Positions 11,137-21,385 of a stretch of DNA of 64,000 nt are shown here, one piece after another (position 1 is the first letter of the stretch; every line of letters begins with the position of its first letter). The translations under genes and the position numbers were made by a program. Source of the stretch: Obrimoposthia wandeli (Eukaryota); assembly GCA_977020255.1 (NCBI GenBank), contig CDROCS010002834.1:434001-498000 (forward strand). The letters are read 5' to 3'. The notes under the pieces are model-generated. The model saw nothing but the letters and a program-made list of their open reading frames with translations, made no database searches and was not told the DNA's origin.

Positions 11137-12057
11137 CTACTGACATTGCCCAGATAACTCAAAATAACGCTCAAGTACTTTTATACACACCAATATTTCC
11201 AACTCTTCATCTTGAAAAGAGGCTAAATATTCATGGGCATTTTTAATTATTTGCTCAGCTTCTTCTGGATGTTTGAGATAGTAATGTATCTTTTCATCGA
11301 AATCGGAATAGTCATCTTTCACTTCAATATAATGCTTACCCGCTTCCAACGTCCCTTCCATAAACCATGTTTCAAACTTCATTTTTGGCGTGATCACGAC
11401 TGAGTTTGACGACATTGCCCATTTCAGGTTTGATGCCACATCGTTCCCTTCAAGACAAAGAATAAATTTATGGGTTAGCTGCTCTTCAATCGACATAAAC
11501 GATTTTTGCCATGGCACATCCAGTGCGGGTTTATTCGTCTGCCCAGCATCGCATAAGGGATGATCCCAATAACGTTCAATAAAAAATTGACGGTGTGGCT
11601 GGGTAACAGCCCCTCTAAACACCACGGAGTCTTTCTTATCTTGGAATGCTAAAGAGTCTTGTACAAACTTAAAGTGGCGTCGCTTATCAAGCTTAAAAAT
11701 AACCGAATTTTGGTTCTCCCCCGCGATAGGCCTTGCCTTAAATAGGGTCGGATATGGCTCAATATGCGTTTCATCACCAAAATAGTACTTAAAACGGTAT
11801 TGCTTAGGGAAATAATGAAGAAACTCTTTTAAATCAAAATAATATGACGTATAGCCGTTACGTTTATAATTTCCGATTTGGGTCGTTTTTTCCGGTAATG
11901 TAAATGTATCGGCCACTTTAACGTAGTAATCAACACGTTGCTTAACATACGCCGACTGGTGAGAGAATTTGTCTTCTAACCGTTTTTTCTGAGAGAGAAA
12001 ATAAAAAAGGGGTAACACATCAAGCTTGAGATGCTTAAGGTAATAAAAAAGCTTCAT
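11137..12057 (-). CDS. Glycosyltransferase family 90 / CAP10-like LPS protein (LpsA-like)
   Basis: FRGA, HKFILCLEGNDVASNLKWAMSSNS, FETWFMEG, GKHYIEVKDDYSD. Confidence 0.75.
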   Translation of the reverse strand: MKLFYYLKHLKLDVLPLFYFLSQKKRLEDKFSHQSAYVKQRVDYYVKVADTFTLPEKTTQIGNYKRNGYTSYYFDLKEFLHYFPKQYRFKYYFGDETHIEPYPTLFKARPIAGENQNSVIFKLDKRRHFKFVQDSLAFQDKKDSVVFRGAVTQPHRQFFIERYWDHPLCDAGQTNKPALDVPWQKSFMSIEEQLTHKFILCLEGNDVASNLKWAMSSNSVVITPKMKFETWFMEGTLEAGKHYIEVKDDYSDFDEKIHYYLKHPEEAEQIIKNAHEYLASFQDEELEILVCIKVLERYFELSGQCQ

Positions 12058-12509
12058 TATTATTTTACCTTATCTTGCCGACAAAGAAGGAATATCACGG
12101 ACATCACCAGCAAATACGTTGAAATAGTATCGCCATAAACGGTATTCATATATATAAACACAGAAAATAAGGAGTCATATACCCTGCAACGTAAGCGGAT
12201 CTTAATAAAATTAATAACTCTGTTTCACACAAACTGCTCTTTATTAATTCGCCCATGCCCCAGGAAAAAGGACAACGCCTATCTACCTGTAATCAATGGA
12301 TGTAAAAATATCTGTTAAGCCGCCAACCTTAAACTCAACGTCTACACTACCAGTATAAAAAGTTCGCAGCGTTATTTTGTTTGCCTCATCAAACCATAGC
12401 AAAAAGAGAGGGATGATCTTCTTGATTGACCGTAGAGCCAATTAATAATCGTCATTTACGCCTACCTTCCCGCTACATAACCACCTATCAATCTTGTGGG
12501 TAATACCAC

Positions 12510-12633
12510 CCGATACCACTCCACAAACGCCTTCCTCTCACTTACATTCGTTACGGGTCGATAGCCAATGGTCTTGAACAAACCATCTGTATCCGCATAG
12601 GTCGTCTAGACATGCGTCAGGTTGCACCAGCAT
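12510..12633 (-). pseudogene. Relic C-terminus of an NAD-dependent UDP-glucuronate 4-epimerase-like gene
   Basis: Hand translation gives M.VQP.(D)V*TTYADTDGLFKTIGYRPVTNVSERKAFVEWYR. This resembles the QPGDVxxTYADxxxL..GYxP..FVxWY tail of that family, with a stop, a frameshift and no 5' part. Confidence 0.6.
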
Positions 12634-12690
12634 GATTCAATACAAAAAATGCTATCTACGTATCCGAAATAACAAATAGCTTCGTTTCGG

Positions 12691-13506
12691 TTACTTCAAC
12701 TTCTGGCACTCGCTGCAAAACACACTGGCTCGCTGACCAATTTTCATTTCACTTAACGGATTATCACAACGTGGGCAGGGCTTTCCGCCTTTGCCGTACA
12801 CTTGTAATTCTTGGGCAAAGTAACCGGGTTTACCGTCTGCATTTTTAAAGTCTTTTAATGTGGTGCCACCTTGTTTAATCGCAAACGCGAGTACCGATTT
12901 GATTTCATCGACAAACACCGCGATTTTTTCGGCAGGTATTTCACCCGCAGCACGTTTAGGATGAATACCCGCACTAAATAGCGACTCATTCGCGTAAATA
13001 TTCCCCACACCCACCACCACTTTATTGTCCATGATGAACTGTTTTATTGCCGTGCGCTTACCCTTAGCCCTATCTTGTAAGTATTCAGCGGTAAAATCAT
13101 CGCTAAGCGGCTCGGGGCCGAGTTGACTCAATACTTTATGGTCAAGGCCAGGTAATTCCCATAACCACGCTCCAAAGCGACGAGGGTCGTTATAACGCAG
13201 TACTTCACCACTCGATAGCACTAAATCAACATGATCATGCTTTTCTGGCGGAATAGAGGCAGGTAAAATCCGCAAGCTACCCGACATACCAAGGTGCACA
13301 ATCGCATACCCCACATCGGTATGTAACAGTAAATATTTAGCTCGACGAGTCACCTTTTGAATCACCTGCCCTTCTATTTGCTGAATTTCCTCAGGGATCG
13401 GCCAACGTAATTTAGGATTCCGGACAATAATTTTAGTCACGGTTTGACCAACCACATGCGGGGTGATCCCCATTCGACTTACTTCAACTTCCGGTAATTC
13501 AGGCAT
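12691..13506 (-). CDS. mutM: Formamidopyrimidine-DNA glycosylase
   Basis: [30 protein letters not shown]-terminal C4 zinc finger. Confidence 0.98.
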   Translation of the reverse strand: MPELPEVEVSRMGITPHVVGQTVTKIIVRNPKLRWPIPEEIQQIEGQVIQKVTRRAKYLLLHTDVGYAIVHLGMSGSLRILPASIPPEKHDHVDLVLSSGEVLRYNDPRRFGAWLWELPGLDHKVLSQLGPEPLSDDFTAEYLQDRAKGKRTAIKQFIMDNKVVVGVGNIYANESLFSAGIHPKRAAGEIPAEKIAVFVDEIKSVLAFAIKQGGTTLKDFKNADGKPGYFAQELQVYGKGGKPCPRCDNPLSEMKIGQRASVFCSECQKLK

Positions 13507-13545
13507 TATGTCTCTCGTCTATTGTGAGCGGAGGTCGGCATCGCA

Positions 13546-14082
13546 TTAAAGAGGGAAAAGGTAAGCTTCCTCTACAGATATAGCGATCCAACTACCCTGC
13601 CAGCTCTTTAACAACCAAAACTGCGGCAATTGATATACCGTCACCCGTATCGGTTCTTCGGCTGCTTGTAACCAAATTTCAACCGTAAGGGGTGATGTGA
13701 GCTGGCTTTTTAACTTCACCATCATGTCATCATTCACTGGTGTACCAGCAATAGATTGCCAATGATCAACCCATACTTGAGGATCTGTATTGATACTCGG
13801 TTCTGAGACCCAAAGATCACCTTTTTTCGTAATTTGATAATCAGGCAAGACTAATTGAGAAATAGTTGCTTTCGCGGGTAATAAAGAATGCAAAATGGGC
13901 GACGCGACTTCAGCAGATGACGCTTCATCAGACGACGCTAAGCGGGCTTTAATTAGATCGGGCAGCTGTATCATAGCGATAAAGATAACAACCGCGATGA
14001 TGATGACATTATTCCAGCCACGTCGTGACAATCTCATTGGGCTTTTCCTTGCGTATGTCTTGTCGGTAATAACTTGAATCAT
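13546..14082 (-). CDS. Conserved hypothetical membrane-anchored protein
   Basis: 178 aa with one N-terminal TM (LSRRGWNNVIIIAVVIFIAMI). Sits between mutM and rpmG as in Vibrionaceae. Confidence 0.7.
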   Translation of the reverse strand: MIQVITDKTYARKSPMRLSRRGWNNVIIIAVVIFIAMIQLPDLIKARLASSDEASSAEVASPILHSLLPAKATISQLVLPDYQITKKGDLWVSEPSINTDPQVWVDHWQSIAGTPVNDDMMVKLKSQLTSPLTVEIWLQAAEEPIRVTVYQLPQFWLLKSWQGSWIAISVEEAYLFPL

Positions 14083-14160
14083 AACACTAAAGGAATAAGG
14101 TCAATCTCGCGAGGAAATAAATAATATTGGTAGATAATATGGGGGTCAAATTTTAGGTAT

Positions 14161-14189
14161 AAAAAAACCCAGCCTAAACTGGGTTTTTA
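14161..14189 (-). terminator. Intrinsic terminator of rpmBG
   Basis: AAAAAAACCCAG-CCTAAA-CTGGGTTTTT hairpin with a U-tract just downstream of the rpmG stop. Confidence 0.8.
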
Positions 14190-14208
14190 TCAAAGCACTA
14201 CAAATCAA

Positions 14209-14376
14209 TTACTTGATTTTAGCTTCTTTGTACATAACGTGTTGGCGAACTACTGGATCAAATTTCTTGATCTCAAATTTGCCTGGCATGTTACGCTTGT
14301 TCTTATCTGTAGTGTAGAAGTGGCCTGTACCAGCTGATGATACTAGACGGATCTTCTCACGAATGCCTTTAGCCAT
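14209..14376 (-). CDS. rpmG: 50S ribosomal protein L33 (not in the ORF track, 55 aa)
   Basis: Hand translation: [55 protein letters not shown]. Confidence 0.98.
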   Translation of the reverse strand: MAKGIREKIRLVSSAGTGHFYTTDKNKRNMPGKFEIKKFDPVVRQHVMYKEAKIK

Positions 14377-14390
14377 TGTTCAAATTCCTC

Positions 14391-14627
14391 TTAAACGTTC
14401 TCGCCGCGGACACGCATCTCTGCAAGAACGGTATCAATACCTTTCTTGTCGATGATACGCATACCTTTAGCAGTAAGACGTAGTTTAACGAAGCGTTTTT
14501 CGCTTTCTACCCAGAAACGATGAGTTTGCAGGTTCGGCAGAAAACGACGCTTGGTGGCATTACGTGCGTGTGAACGGTTGTTACCCGTTACAGGACGCTT
14601 ACCAGTTACTTGGCATACTCGGGACAT
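14391..14627 (-). CDS. rpmB: 50S ribosomal protein L28
   Basis: [21 protein letters not shown]...[13 protein letters not shown]. Confidence 0.98.
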   Translation of the reverse strand: MSRVCQVTGKRPVTGNNRSHARNATKRRFLPNLQTHRFWVESEKRFVKLRLTAKGMRIIDKKGIDTVLAEMRVRGENV

Positions 14628-14724
14628 TACTGTCTTCTCCAAATCGTTTCGGCTCGATATCTACTATGATTAATTCAATGTGAAAAAGCTTTTCACATAT
14701 AATCATAGCTATCAAAGGTCGCGC

Positions 14725-14753
14725 ATTATACTAAGTCAAAACCAGTTGCTCAA
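14725..14753 (-). promoter_or_regulatory. Sigma70 promoter of rpmBG with GC-rich discriminator
   Basis: Minus strand TTGAGC-N17-TATAAT followed by GCGCGACC, typical of stringently controlled promoters. Confidence 0.75.
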
Positions 14754-14799
14754 GTCCCGAGCGACCCTTTCTCATCTTTTTTATCAAAATTAGCTTATT

Positions 14800-15474
14800 T
14801 TATAGCCAACCTCGTTCGGAAAAAGAGACAATATCTCCATCACCTACAATAAAATGATCTAGTACACGAATATCGACTAAAGCCAGCGCATCGCTGATTG
14901 TTCGTGTAATTCGGAGGTCTGACTGACTAGGTTCAGCTACGCCTGATGGGTGATTATGCGCTAAAATAAGGGCGGCTGCATTAAATTCCAGCGATCTTTT
15001 TACAATTTCTCTTGGATAAATCGCTGCAGAATTGATAGTTCCCTCAAATAAAACTTCTCCAGCAATCACGCGATGCTGATTATCAAGAAATAAAACGTAA
15101 AAAACTTCACGTTGCCGATCGCGTAATAATTGGCTCAAATAATGCCGAGTATGCTGTGGGCTCGTCAGCACATCCCCTTCTTTTAGTGTTTCTTCCAAAT
15201 GTCGCTGGCTCATTTCTATTATGGCTTGCAGTTGAGCATATTTGGCAGGCCCCAACCCTTTGTGCAAACAAAATAGTGTTTGATCTGCGGCAAATAACGC
15301 TCTAAGCGACCCAAACTCTGCCAATAAATGGGTGGCAAGCTCAACCGCATTCATCCCTTTAATGCCAGTTCGTAAAAAGATCGCTAATAATTCCGCATCG
15401 GATAATGCTTTTGCGCCACGTGTTAGCAGTTTTTCCCGTGGACGAGACTCTTCTGGTAATAGCTTTAATGACAT
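14800..15474 (-). CDS. radC: RadC/YicR family JAB-domain protein
   Basis: [50 protein letters not shown]. Start placed at MSLKLLP. Confidence 0.93.
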   Translation of the reverse strand: MSLKLLPEESRPREKLLTRGAKALSDAELLAIFLRTGIKGMNAVELATHLLAEFGSLRALFAADQTLFCLHKGLGPAKYAQLQAIIEMSQRHLEETLKEGDVLTSPQHTRHYLSQLLRDRQREVFYVLFLDNQHRVIAGEVLFEGTINSAAIYPREIVKRSLEFNAAALILAHNHPSGVAEPSQSDLRITRTISDALALVDIRVLDHFIVGDGDIVSFSERGWL

Positions 15475-15739
15475 GCATCCCCCTTTTGGTTGTCCTTTTA
15501 AATGAGGGGTTTTTCTCTGCCTGTTCAATTTATCTTGTTGGTTATGGGAATGCCTTCGCACTTTCTATCGAGGCTTACATAATGGGCGACCTTCTTTACC
15601 CGTACCTTCACACTTATGACCAGAAGCGTGTTCCCGATGAATCCATAGCCCTTTAGTGATATCGTATTTGGTATTAAGACAAGGTTTTTTGGGTTTGGAT
15701 AGCGTTTGATTTAGACGCAATATGGATTTGGGTAAAACA

Positions 15740-16963
15740 ATGCAAACACTGGCAGGAAAGAAAATACTTCTTGGTATTAGCGGCGGTATTGCCGCTTATA
15801 AATGTGCAGAATTAACACGTCGCTTGATCGAACGCGGTGCCGAAGTACAGGTAGTAATGACCAAAGCGGCAAAAGAATTCATTACACCTCTCACAATGCA
15901 GGCCGTGTCTGGTAGGCCTGTATCAGACAGCTTGTTAGATCCTGCTGCTGAAATGTCGATGGGGCATATCGAGCTCGCAAAATGGGCAGACTTGATTTTA
16001 TTAGCCCCAGCCACCGCTGATCTTATCGCCCGAATCAGTGCGGGCATGGGTAATGACCTGCTCAGTACATTATGCTTGGCAACAGACTCCCCCATTGCCG
16101 TATCACCAGCAATGAACCAACAGATGTACCTTAATGTCGCTACACAAGAAAACATTGCGACCCTGCAACGCCGTGGCTTCCATATTTGGGGCCCAGCCAG
16201 TGGTGAGCAAGCTTGTGGCGATGTGGGGCCAGGTCGCATGCTAGAACCAATGCAATTGGTACATTTAGCGGAAGATTTCTTCCAGCCAGCCGATCTGACC
16301 AACCTCAGTGTTGTCATTACTGCTGGCCCGACCCAAGAAGCGATTGATCCCGTACGTTACCTGACTAACCGTAGTTCGGGAAAGATGGGGTTCGCGATCG
16401 CAGAAGCCGCCGCTAAACGCGGAGCAAATGTCACACTCATCAGTGGCCCAGTGAGCCTTGCGACACCAGCTGGAGTCAATCGTATTGATGTAGCAAGTGC
16501 CGAACAGATGCACCAAGCAGCAATCGCACAAGCAACTGAACACGACATTTTCATTGCCTGTGCCGCAGTGGCTGATTTTCGCCCTGCTGCCGTTGCAGAG
16601 CACAAAATGAAGAAGAAATCAGATGAAGATGAGATGGTACTAAGGCTGGTGAAAAACCCAGATATCGTCGCAAGCGTTGCTGCTCTGTCAACGCAACGTC
16701 CCTTTACTGTCGGGTTTGCTGCAGAAACACAAGATGTGGAACAATATGCTCGCAGCAAACTGGCTCGCAAAAATTTAGATGTAATCTGCGCCAATGATGT
16801 GTCTCAGCAAGGGCAAGGCTTTAACAGTGACAACAATGCACTGCACTTATTCTGGCCAAACGGCAATAAAGCCCTGCCGTTATCATCAAAAAATGCACTG
16901 GGACAACAGTTAATCACAGAAATTGTGGCACTTTATAAAGAGAACAAACATGAAGAAAGTTGA
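15740..16963 (+). CDS. coaBC: Phosphopantothenoylcysteine decarboxylase/synthase
   Basis: [51 protein letters not shown]. Confidence 0.97.
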   Translation: MQTLAGKKILLGISGGIAAYKCAELTRRLIERGAEVQVVMTKAAKEFITPLTMQAVSGRPVSDSLLDPAAEMSMGHIELAKWADLILLAPATADLIARISAGMGNDLLSTLCLATDSPIAVSPAMNQQMYLNVATQENIATLQRRGFHIWGPASGEQACGDVGPGRMLEPMQLVHLAEDFFQPADLTNLSVVITAGPTQEAIDPVRYLTNRSSGKMGFAIAEAAAKRGANVTLISGPVSLATPAGVNRIDVASAEQMHQAAIAQATEHDIFIACAAVADFRPAAVAEHKMKKKSDEDEMVLRLVKNPDIVASVAALSTQRPFTVGFAAETQDVEQYARSKLARKNLDVICANDVSQQGQGFNSDNNALHLFWPNGNKALPLSSKNALGQQLITEIVALYKENKHEES

Positions 16964-17405
16964 TCTTAAAATTCTCGACGCACGCGTGGGTCGCGAATTT
17001 CCACTACCCGCTTATGCCACTAGCGGTTCTGCAGGGTTAGATTTGCGTGCTTGTTTAGATAACGCATTAATTGTCGAACCCGGTCAAACCCATTTAGTTC
17101 CAACTGGTTTGGCTATTCATATTGCCGATAATAGCCTTGCCGCCACGATTCTACCTCGCTCAGGGCTCGGTCATAAGCATGGTATCGTGTTAGGGAACTT
17201 AGTCGGTCTGATTGACTCAGATTACCAAGGTCAGCTTATGGTATCGGTATGGAACCGTGGACAAACAACCTTCACTATAGAGCCGGGCGATCGTATCGCA
17301 CAGCTGGTCTTTGTACCGGTAGTACAAGCAGAATTTAATATCGTGACTGATTTTGATGCAACAGAGCGCGGTGACGGGGGCTTTGGTCATTCCGGTCAGC
17401 GTTAA
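16950..17405 (+). CDS. dut: dUTP pyrophosphatase
   Basis: [43 protein letters not shown]. Start at MKKVDLK. Confidence 0.98.
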   Translation: MKKVDLKILDARVGREFPLPAYATSGSAGLDLRACLDNALIVEPGQTHLVPTGLAIHIADNSLAATILPRSGLGHKHGIVLGNLVGLIDSDYQGQLMVSVWNRGQTTFTIEPGDRIAQLVFVPVVQAEFNIVTDFDATERGDGGFGHSGQR

Positions 17406-17489
17406 AGGAAATCAAGAGCTACTCACATTCAACGTGATATTGCCAACACCTTAATCTGGCTAGCAATTAAACAAATTAGACTAAATATA

Positions 17490-17519
17490 AAGCGTAAGCC
17501 TTAAGCTTACGCTTTTTTT
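17490..17519 (+). terminator. Intrinsic terminator after dut
   Basis: AAGCGTAAGC-CTTAA-GCTTACGCTT followed by a T-run. Confidence 0.75.
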
Positions 17520-17637
17520 GTCGATAAATAGATCAGTATCGACAGCTTGCGCTTTTCACAACGCAACTGCATCGCTAAGATAGACGGGTTTCAAACTGCA
17601 GCTATATGCAGTCATTTTTGAAAAGGAACGGTTATTC

Positions 17638-18228
17638 ATGGCTGGCACAAAAAAAAACAATCGCCGCGAAGAGATCCTTCAAGCATTAGCACAAATGCTT
17701 GAATCGACTCAGGGCAGCCAACGTATTACAACAGCAAAACTGGCGGCACAAGTCGGTGTTTCAGAGGCGGCACTGTATCGTCACTTCCCGAGTAAAGCCC
17801 GTATGTTTGAAGGCTTAATTGAGTTTATTGAAGATTCAATTACTACCCGTATCAACCGTATCCTTGATGATGAAAAAGACACCATGAATCGTCTACGTAT
17901 GGTGCTCCAGCTTATTTTGGTCTTTGCCGAGCGTAACCCTGGCTTAACACGCATTATGACGGGTCATGCTCTGATGTTTGAACAAGACCGCTTGCAGTCG
18001 CGTATCAATCAGCTCTTTGAACGCATTGAAACCCAAATTCGCCAAGTATTACGTGAGCGTAAATTACGTGAAGGGAAAGGCTTTCCGGTTGATGAAGCTA
18101 TACTTGCCGCACAATTGTTGGGGCAAGTTGAAGGCAGTTTAAACCGCTATGTGCGTTCTAACTTTAGATACAAACCTACCGAGAATTTTGATAACTACTG
18201 GCAGCTATTAAGTGCTCAGCTAGATTAG
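17638..18228 (+). CDS. slmA: Nucleoid occlusion factor (TetR family)
   Basis: [51 protein letters not shown]. Follows dut. Confidence 0.96.
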   Translation: MAGTKKNNRREEILQALAQMLESTQGSQRITTAKLAAQVGVSEAALYRHFPSKARMFEGLIEFIEDSITTRINRILDDEKDTMNRLRMVLQLILVFAERNPGLTRIMTGHALMFEQDRLQSRINQLFERIETQIRQVLRERKLREGKGFPVDEAILAAQLLGQVEGSLNRYVRSNFRYKPTENFDNYWQLLSAQLD

Positions 18229-18273
18229 AAACAGTAGCGAGTAACGAGATCCTAGTTACTCGATTCTCGAGAT

Positions 18274-18309
18274 AAAAAAGCGAGAGGTGAATGCCTCTCG
18301 CTTTTTTTT
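18274..18309. terminator. Bidirectional terminator between slmA and pyrE
   Basis: A6-GCGAGAGG-loop-CCTCTCGC-T8. Confidence 0.85.
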
Positions 18310-18381
18310 GGTGCCTAGACCCATAGGAGTCTCTTATTTAAACGCTCTTCCTAGAAACTAGGTTCTCGTATCTTAATATTC

Positions 18382-19023
18382 TTATACACCGTACTCAGCG
18401 CGGTACGCTTTCACGGCTGCTAAGTGTGCATCCATTCCGTCTTGTTCAGACAAGTACGTCACCACATCACCCAGTGATACGATAGAAATAACGGCGCAAC
18501 CAAAATCACGTTCAACTTCTTGAATCGCAGATAGCTCGCCTTTGCCTTTTTCTTGACGGTCAATCGCAACTAATACGCCAGCAAGATCAGCACCATTCGC
18601 TTTAATAATTTCCATTGATTCGCGAATTGCAGTACCTGCCGTAATCACATCATCAACCAACATGATACGACCTTCAAGATCACTACCGACTAAGCTACCG
18701 CCTTCGCCGTGTGTCTTTGCTTCTTTGCGATTAAAGCAATATGGCGTATCGATATCGTGGTGATCAGCCAGTGCAACCGCAGTTGTTGTCGCAATGGGAA
18801 TACCTTTATACGCTGGGCCAAATAGCACATCGTAATCAATACCGGCATCAACCAAAGCTTCAGCGTAAAAACGGCCTAGGCGCGCTAAATCACGACCTGT
18901 ATTAAACAAACCTGCATTAAAAAAATACGGGCTAACACGGCCAGATTTCAGAGTGAACTCACCAAACTTCAACACACCTTTGTCGAGGGCAAATTCGATG
19001 AACAAACGCTGATATGCTTTCAT
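18382..19023 (-). CDS. pyrE: Orotate phosphoribosyltransferase
   Basis: [44 protein letters not shown]. Confidence 0.98.
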   Translation of the reverse strand: MKAYQRLFIEFALDKGVLKFGEFTLKSGRVSPYFFNAGLFNTGRDLARLGRFYAEALVDAGIDYDVLFGPAYKGIPIATTTAVALADHHDIDTPYCFNRKEAKTHGEGGSLVGSDLEGRIMLVDDVITAGTAIRESMEIIKANGADLAGVLVAIDRQEKGKGELSAIQEVERDFGCAVISIVSLGDVVTYLSEQDGMDAHLAAVKAYRAEYGV

Positions 19024-19053
19024 TGTAATTCCTTAATATTGATAAATAGGTGA

Positions 19054-19319
19054 TATACCCAAGCTACCTCAAGATGCAGGATTCAGAGTGATCTCAGCGT
19101 ATCTAATTCAAGGAAAATGTGTGTAGGAATGGCATTCCCTTTCAAACACATTTGACACAGAAGTAGATACGCTGAATCACTCCCGAAGGGCGAGTTTTGT
19201 TGGGCTCTATGCGGTGTTACTTATTTTCAACTTAGAACGACTAGGTCTATAAATAAGTGCCTTGCCTAGAGTCCAACAAATTCTCGCTGAAACGAGCACC
19301 TTGAGGTAACTTGGGTATA
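19054..19319. mobile_element. 266-bp ERIC-like MITE with 24-bp terminal inverted repeats
   Basis: TATACCCAAGCTACCTCAAGATGC at the left end versus the reverse complement of the right end TATACCCAAGTTACCTCAAGGTGC (22/24). ERIC-type TATACCC..GGGTATA termini and two internal long inverted repeats. Confidence 0.8.
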
Positions 19320-19380
19320 CGTCTTACATGCTGCACCTATCGAATGTAGTCAAAAGTGCACCATTCGACAAAATGCAGAC

Positions 19381-19406
19381 AAAAAAAAGCGACTCAATCG
19401 AGTCGC
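19381..19406 (-). promoter_or_regulatory. pyrE attenuator (UTP-sensitive terminator) directly after the rph stop
   Basis: Minus strand GCGACTC-GATT-GAGTCGC-U8, 7 nt after the rph stop. Same position and a similar stem as the E. coli rph-pyrE attenuator. Confidence 0.8.
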
Positions 19407-19413
19407 CTAATAA

Positions 19414-20130
19414 TTAACTTTCCAATGCCTGTTTCTGCATTATGACGATATCGGCAATGCCGTCTTTCGCCAGAGCCAGCATGGCCAGTAATTCCTCGTG
19501 GCTAAACGCCTCGCCTTCTGCTGTCCCTTGAATCTCGATCATCTTACCTTCTTCGGTCATGACCACGTTCATATCGGTTTCAGCCGCTGAATCTTCAAGA
19601 TACTCAAGATCGCAAATAGCTTCGCCTTTATAGATACCCACCGACACAGCAGCAACCATGCCTTTAATTGGGCTCTTTTTCAGAGTGCCTTTCTCAATCA
19701 TTGAGTTGACTGCATCAACCAAAGCAACCATTGCACCGGTAATAGAAGCAGTACGTGTGCCACCATCTGCTTGGATTACATCACAATCAACGGTGATCAT
19801 TTGTTCACCCAACGCTTCCAAATCAACCGCAGCGCGAAGGCTACGTGCAATTAAGCGTTGAATTTCCATCGTACGGCCGCCTTGCTTACCGCTTGATGCT
19901 TCACGGCGGTTACGCGTATGCGTCGCGCGAGGCAGCATGCCATATTCTGCAGTAACCCAACCTTGTCCTTTGCCTTTTAACCAGCGAGGTACATTTTCTT
20001 CCACACTTGCTGTACAGATTACTTTTGTATCGCCGAACTCGACTAATACTGAACCTTCAGCGTGGGCTGTGAAATTACGAGTGATCGTAATAGGACGTAC
20101 TTGACTAGTGCTTCTTCCGCTTGGACGCAT
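19414..20130 (-). CDS. rph: Ribonuclease PH
   Basis: [59 protein letters not shown]. Confidence 0.98.
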   Translation of the reverse strand: MRPSGRSTSQVRPITITRNFTAHAEGSVLVEFGDTKVICTASVEENVPRWLKGKGQGWVTAEYGMLPRATHTRNRREASSGKQGGRTMEIQRLIARSLRAAVDLEALGEQMITVDCDVIQADGGTRTASITGAMVALVDAVNSMIEKGTLKKSPIKGMVAAVSVGIYKGEAICDLEYLEDSAAETDMNVVMTEEGKMIEIQGTAEGEAFSHEELLAMLALAKDGIADIVIMQKQALES

Positions 20131-20386
20131 CGGGGGTTTACCTTTCGCTGGGCTACATTAACCGGCGATTATAGCCAGTTCTCACTCGCAGTGCACGTTA
20201 AACCCGACCGCGAACCGAACCCATAATATCAAGTGCACGTTACGCTTCATTTCTTTTATAAGTAATGGTGAGTATAATCACCGCAACCTTGTAACTACGC
20301 ACCTATTCTTTCTATTACGCTTCCTGCTCGATAGCAGTAAACTTAATAAGTAGTTACATTCCATCTATATAAAGGGCCATCAGCCA

Positions 20387-21250
20387 ATGATTCATAGCAT
20401 GACCGCTTATGCTCGTCGCGAAGTTAAAGGCGATTGGGGCACTGCCGTTTGGGAAATTCGTTCAGTTAACCAACGCTACCTAGAAACCTACCTTCGTATG
20501 CCTGAGCAATTCCGTAGTTTAGAGCCTGTACTGCGTGAGCGTTTTCGTAAGCGCCTTGCTCGCGGTAAAGTTGAATGTAACCTGCGTTTTGAAGCAAACC
20601 AAGCAGCAAGCAGCGAACTCACCATCAATGAAGAATTAGCCAAGCAAGTCATTAAAGCCGCTAAGTGGGTAAAAGACACCGCTGGTGAAGGCAATATTGG
20701 TCCTTTTCAGGTATTGAACTGGCCGGGTGTAATGGAAGCCCCTGAGCAAGATCTCGATGCGATCAATAAAGATTTGTTGGTTGGTTTTGATGAGGCGATT
20801 ACTGACTTTATTGCCGCACGTGCAAGCGAAGGCGAAAACATGAAGGAATTGATTGTTCAACGCCTTGATGCCATTACTGTTGAAGCAACCAACGTACGCG
20901 CACAAATGCCTGACATTATTAAATGGCAACGTGAACGTCTAACCAGCCGCTTTGAAGATGCGAAAGTAGATCTGGATACAGGTCGTATTGAGCAAGAACT
21001 GATCATGATGGCACAAAAAAGTGATGTCGCTGAAGAGCTAGATCGCCTCGATTCGCATGTTAAAGAAACCCAAAAAATCATGAAGAAAGGAGGCGCATGT
21101 GGTCGTCGTCTTGATTTCATGATGCAAGAATTCAACCGCGAATCAAATACGCTAGCATCAAAATCAATCACGACTGAAATCACAGCATCTGCTGTTGAAT
21201 TAAAAGTATTGATTGAGCAAATGCGCGAGCAGATCCAAAATATCGAGTAA
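20387..21250 (+). CDS. yicC: YicC/YloC family endoribonuclease
   Basis: MIHSMTAYAR, EIRSVNQRYLE, EELDRL..H, GRRLDFMMQEFNRESNTLASK, EQMREQIQNIE. Confidence 0.96.
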   Translation: MIHSMTAYARREVKGDWGTAVWEIRSVNQRYLETYLRMPEQFRSLEPVLRERFRKRLARGKVECNLRFEANQAASSELTINEELAKQVIKAAKWVKDTAGEGNIGPFQVLNWPGVMEAPEQDLDAINKDLLVGFDEAITDFIAARASEGENMKELIVQRLDAITVEATNVRAQMPDIIKWQRERLTSRFEDAKVDLDTGRIEQELIMMAQKSDVAEELDRLDSHVKETQKIMKKGGACGRRLDFMMQEFNRESNTLASKSITTEITASAVELKVLIEQMREQIQNIE

Positions 21251-21280
21251 GGTTTAAGTTAGCCTTCTGCTATTGTCGTA

Positions 21281-21325
21281 TATAACCTACCTTTAACCAT
21301 CTCATGGTAGTTAAAGGTAGGTATA
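21281..21325. terminator. Long hairpin between convergent yicC and the nuclease gene
   Basis: ACCTACCTTTAAC (21285-21297) / GTTAAAGGTAGGT (21310-21322), a perfect 13-bp inverted repeat with TATA at both outer ends. Confidence 0.55.
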
Positions 21326-21385
21326 GTAGACTTACTCAACCAGTGAGTGGTGGGTAAAATGATATTCGCCACTATCATTGTACGT

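Noticed and set aside
14678-14698. TGTGA...TCACA palindrome in the rpmB leader as a CRP site
   Set aside because: The spacer is 9 bp rather than 6 and it lies downstream of the promoter. It is more likely an RNA hairpin.
18238-18381. Short CGAGTAAC/GTTACTCG and CTAG-rich motifs around the slmA-pyrE terminator as a CRISPR or REP array
   Set aside because: There is no regular repeat-spacer periodicity, only short irregular hairpins flanking a terminator.
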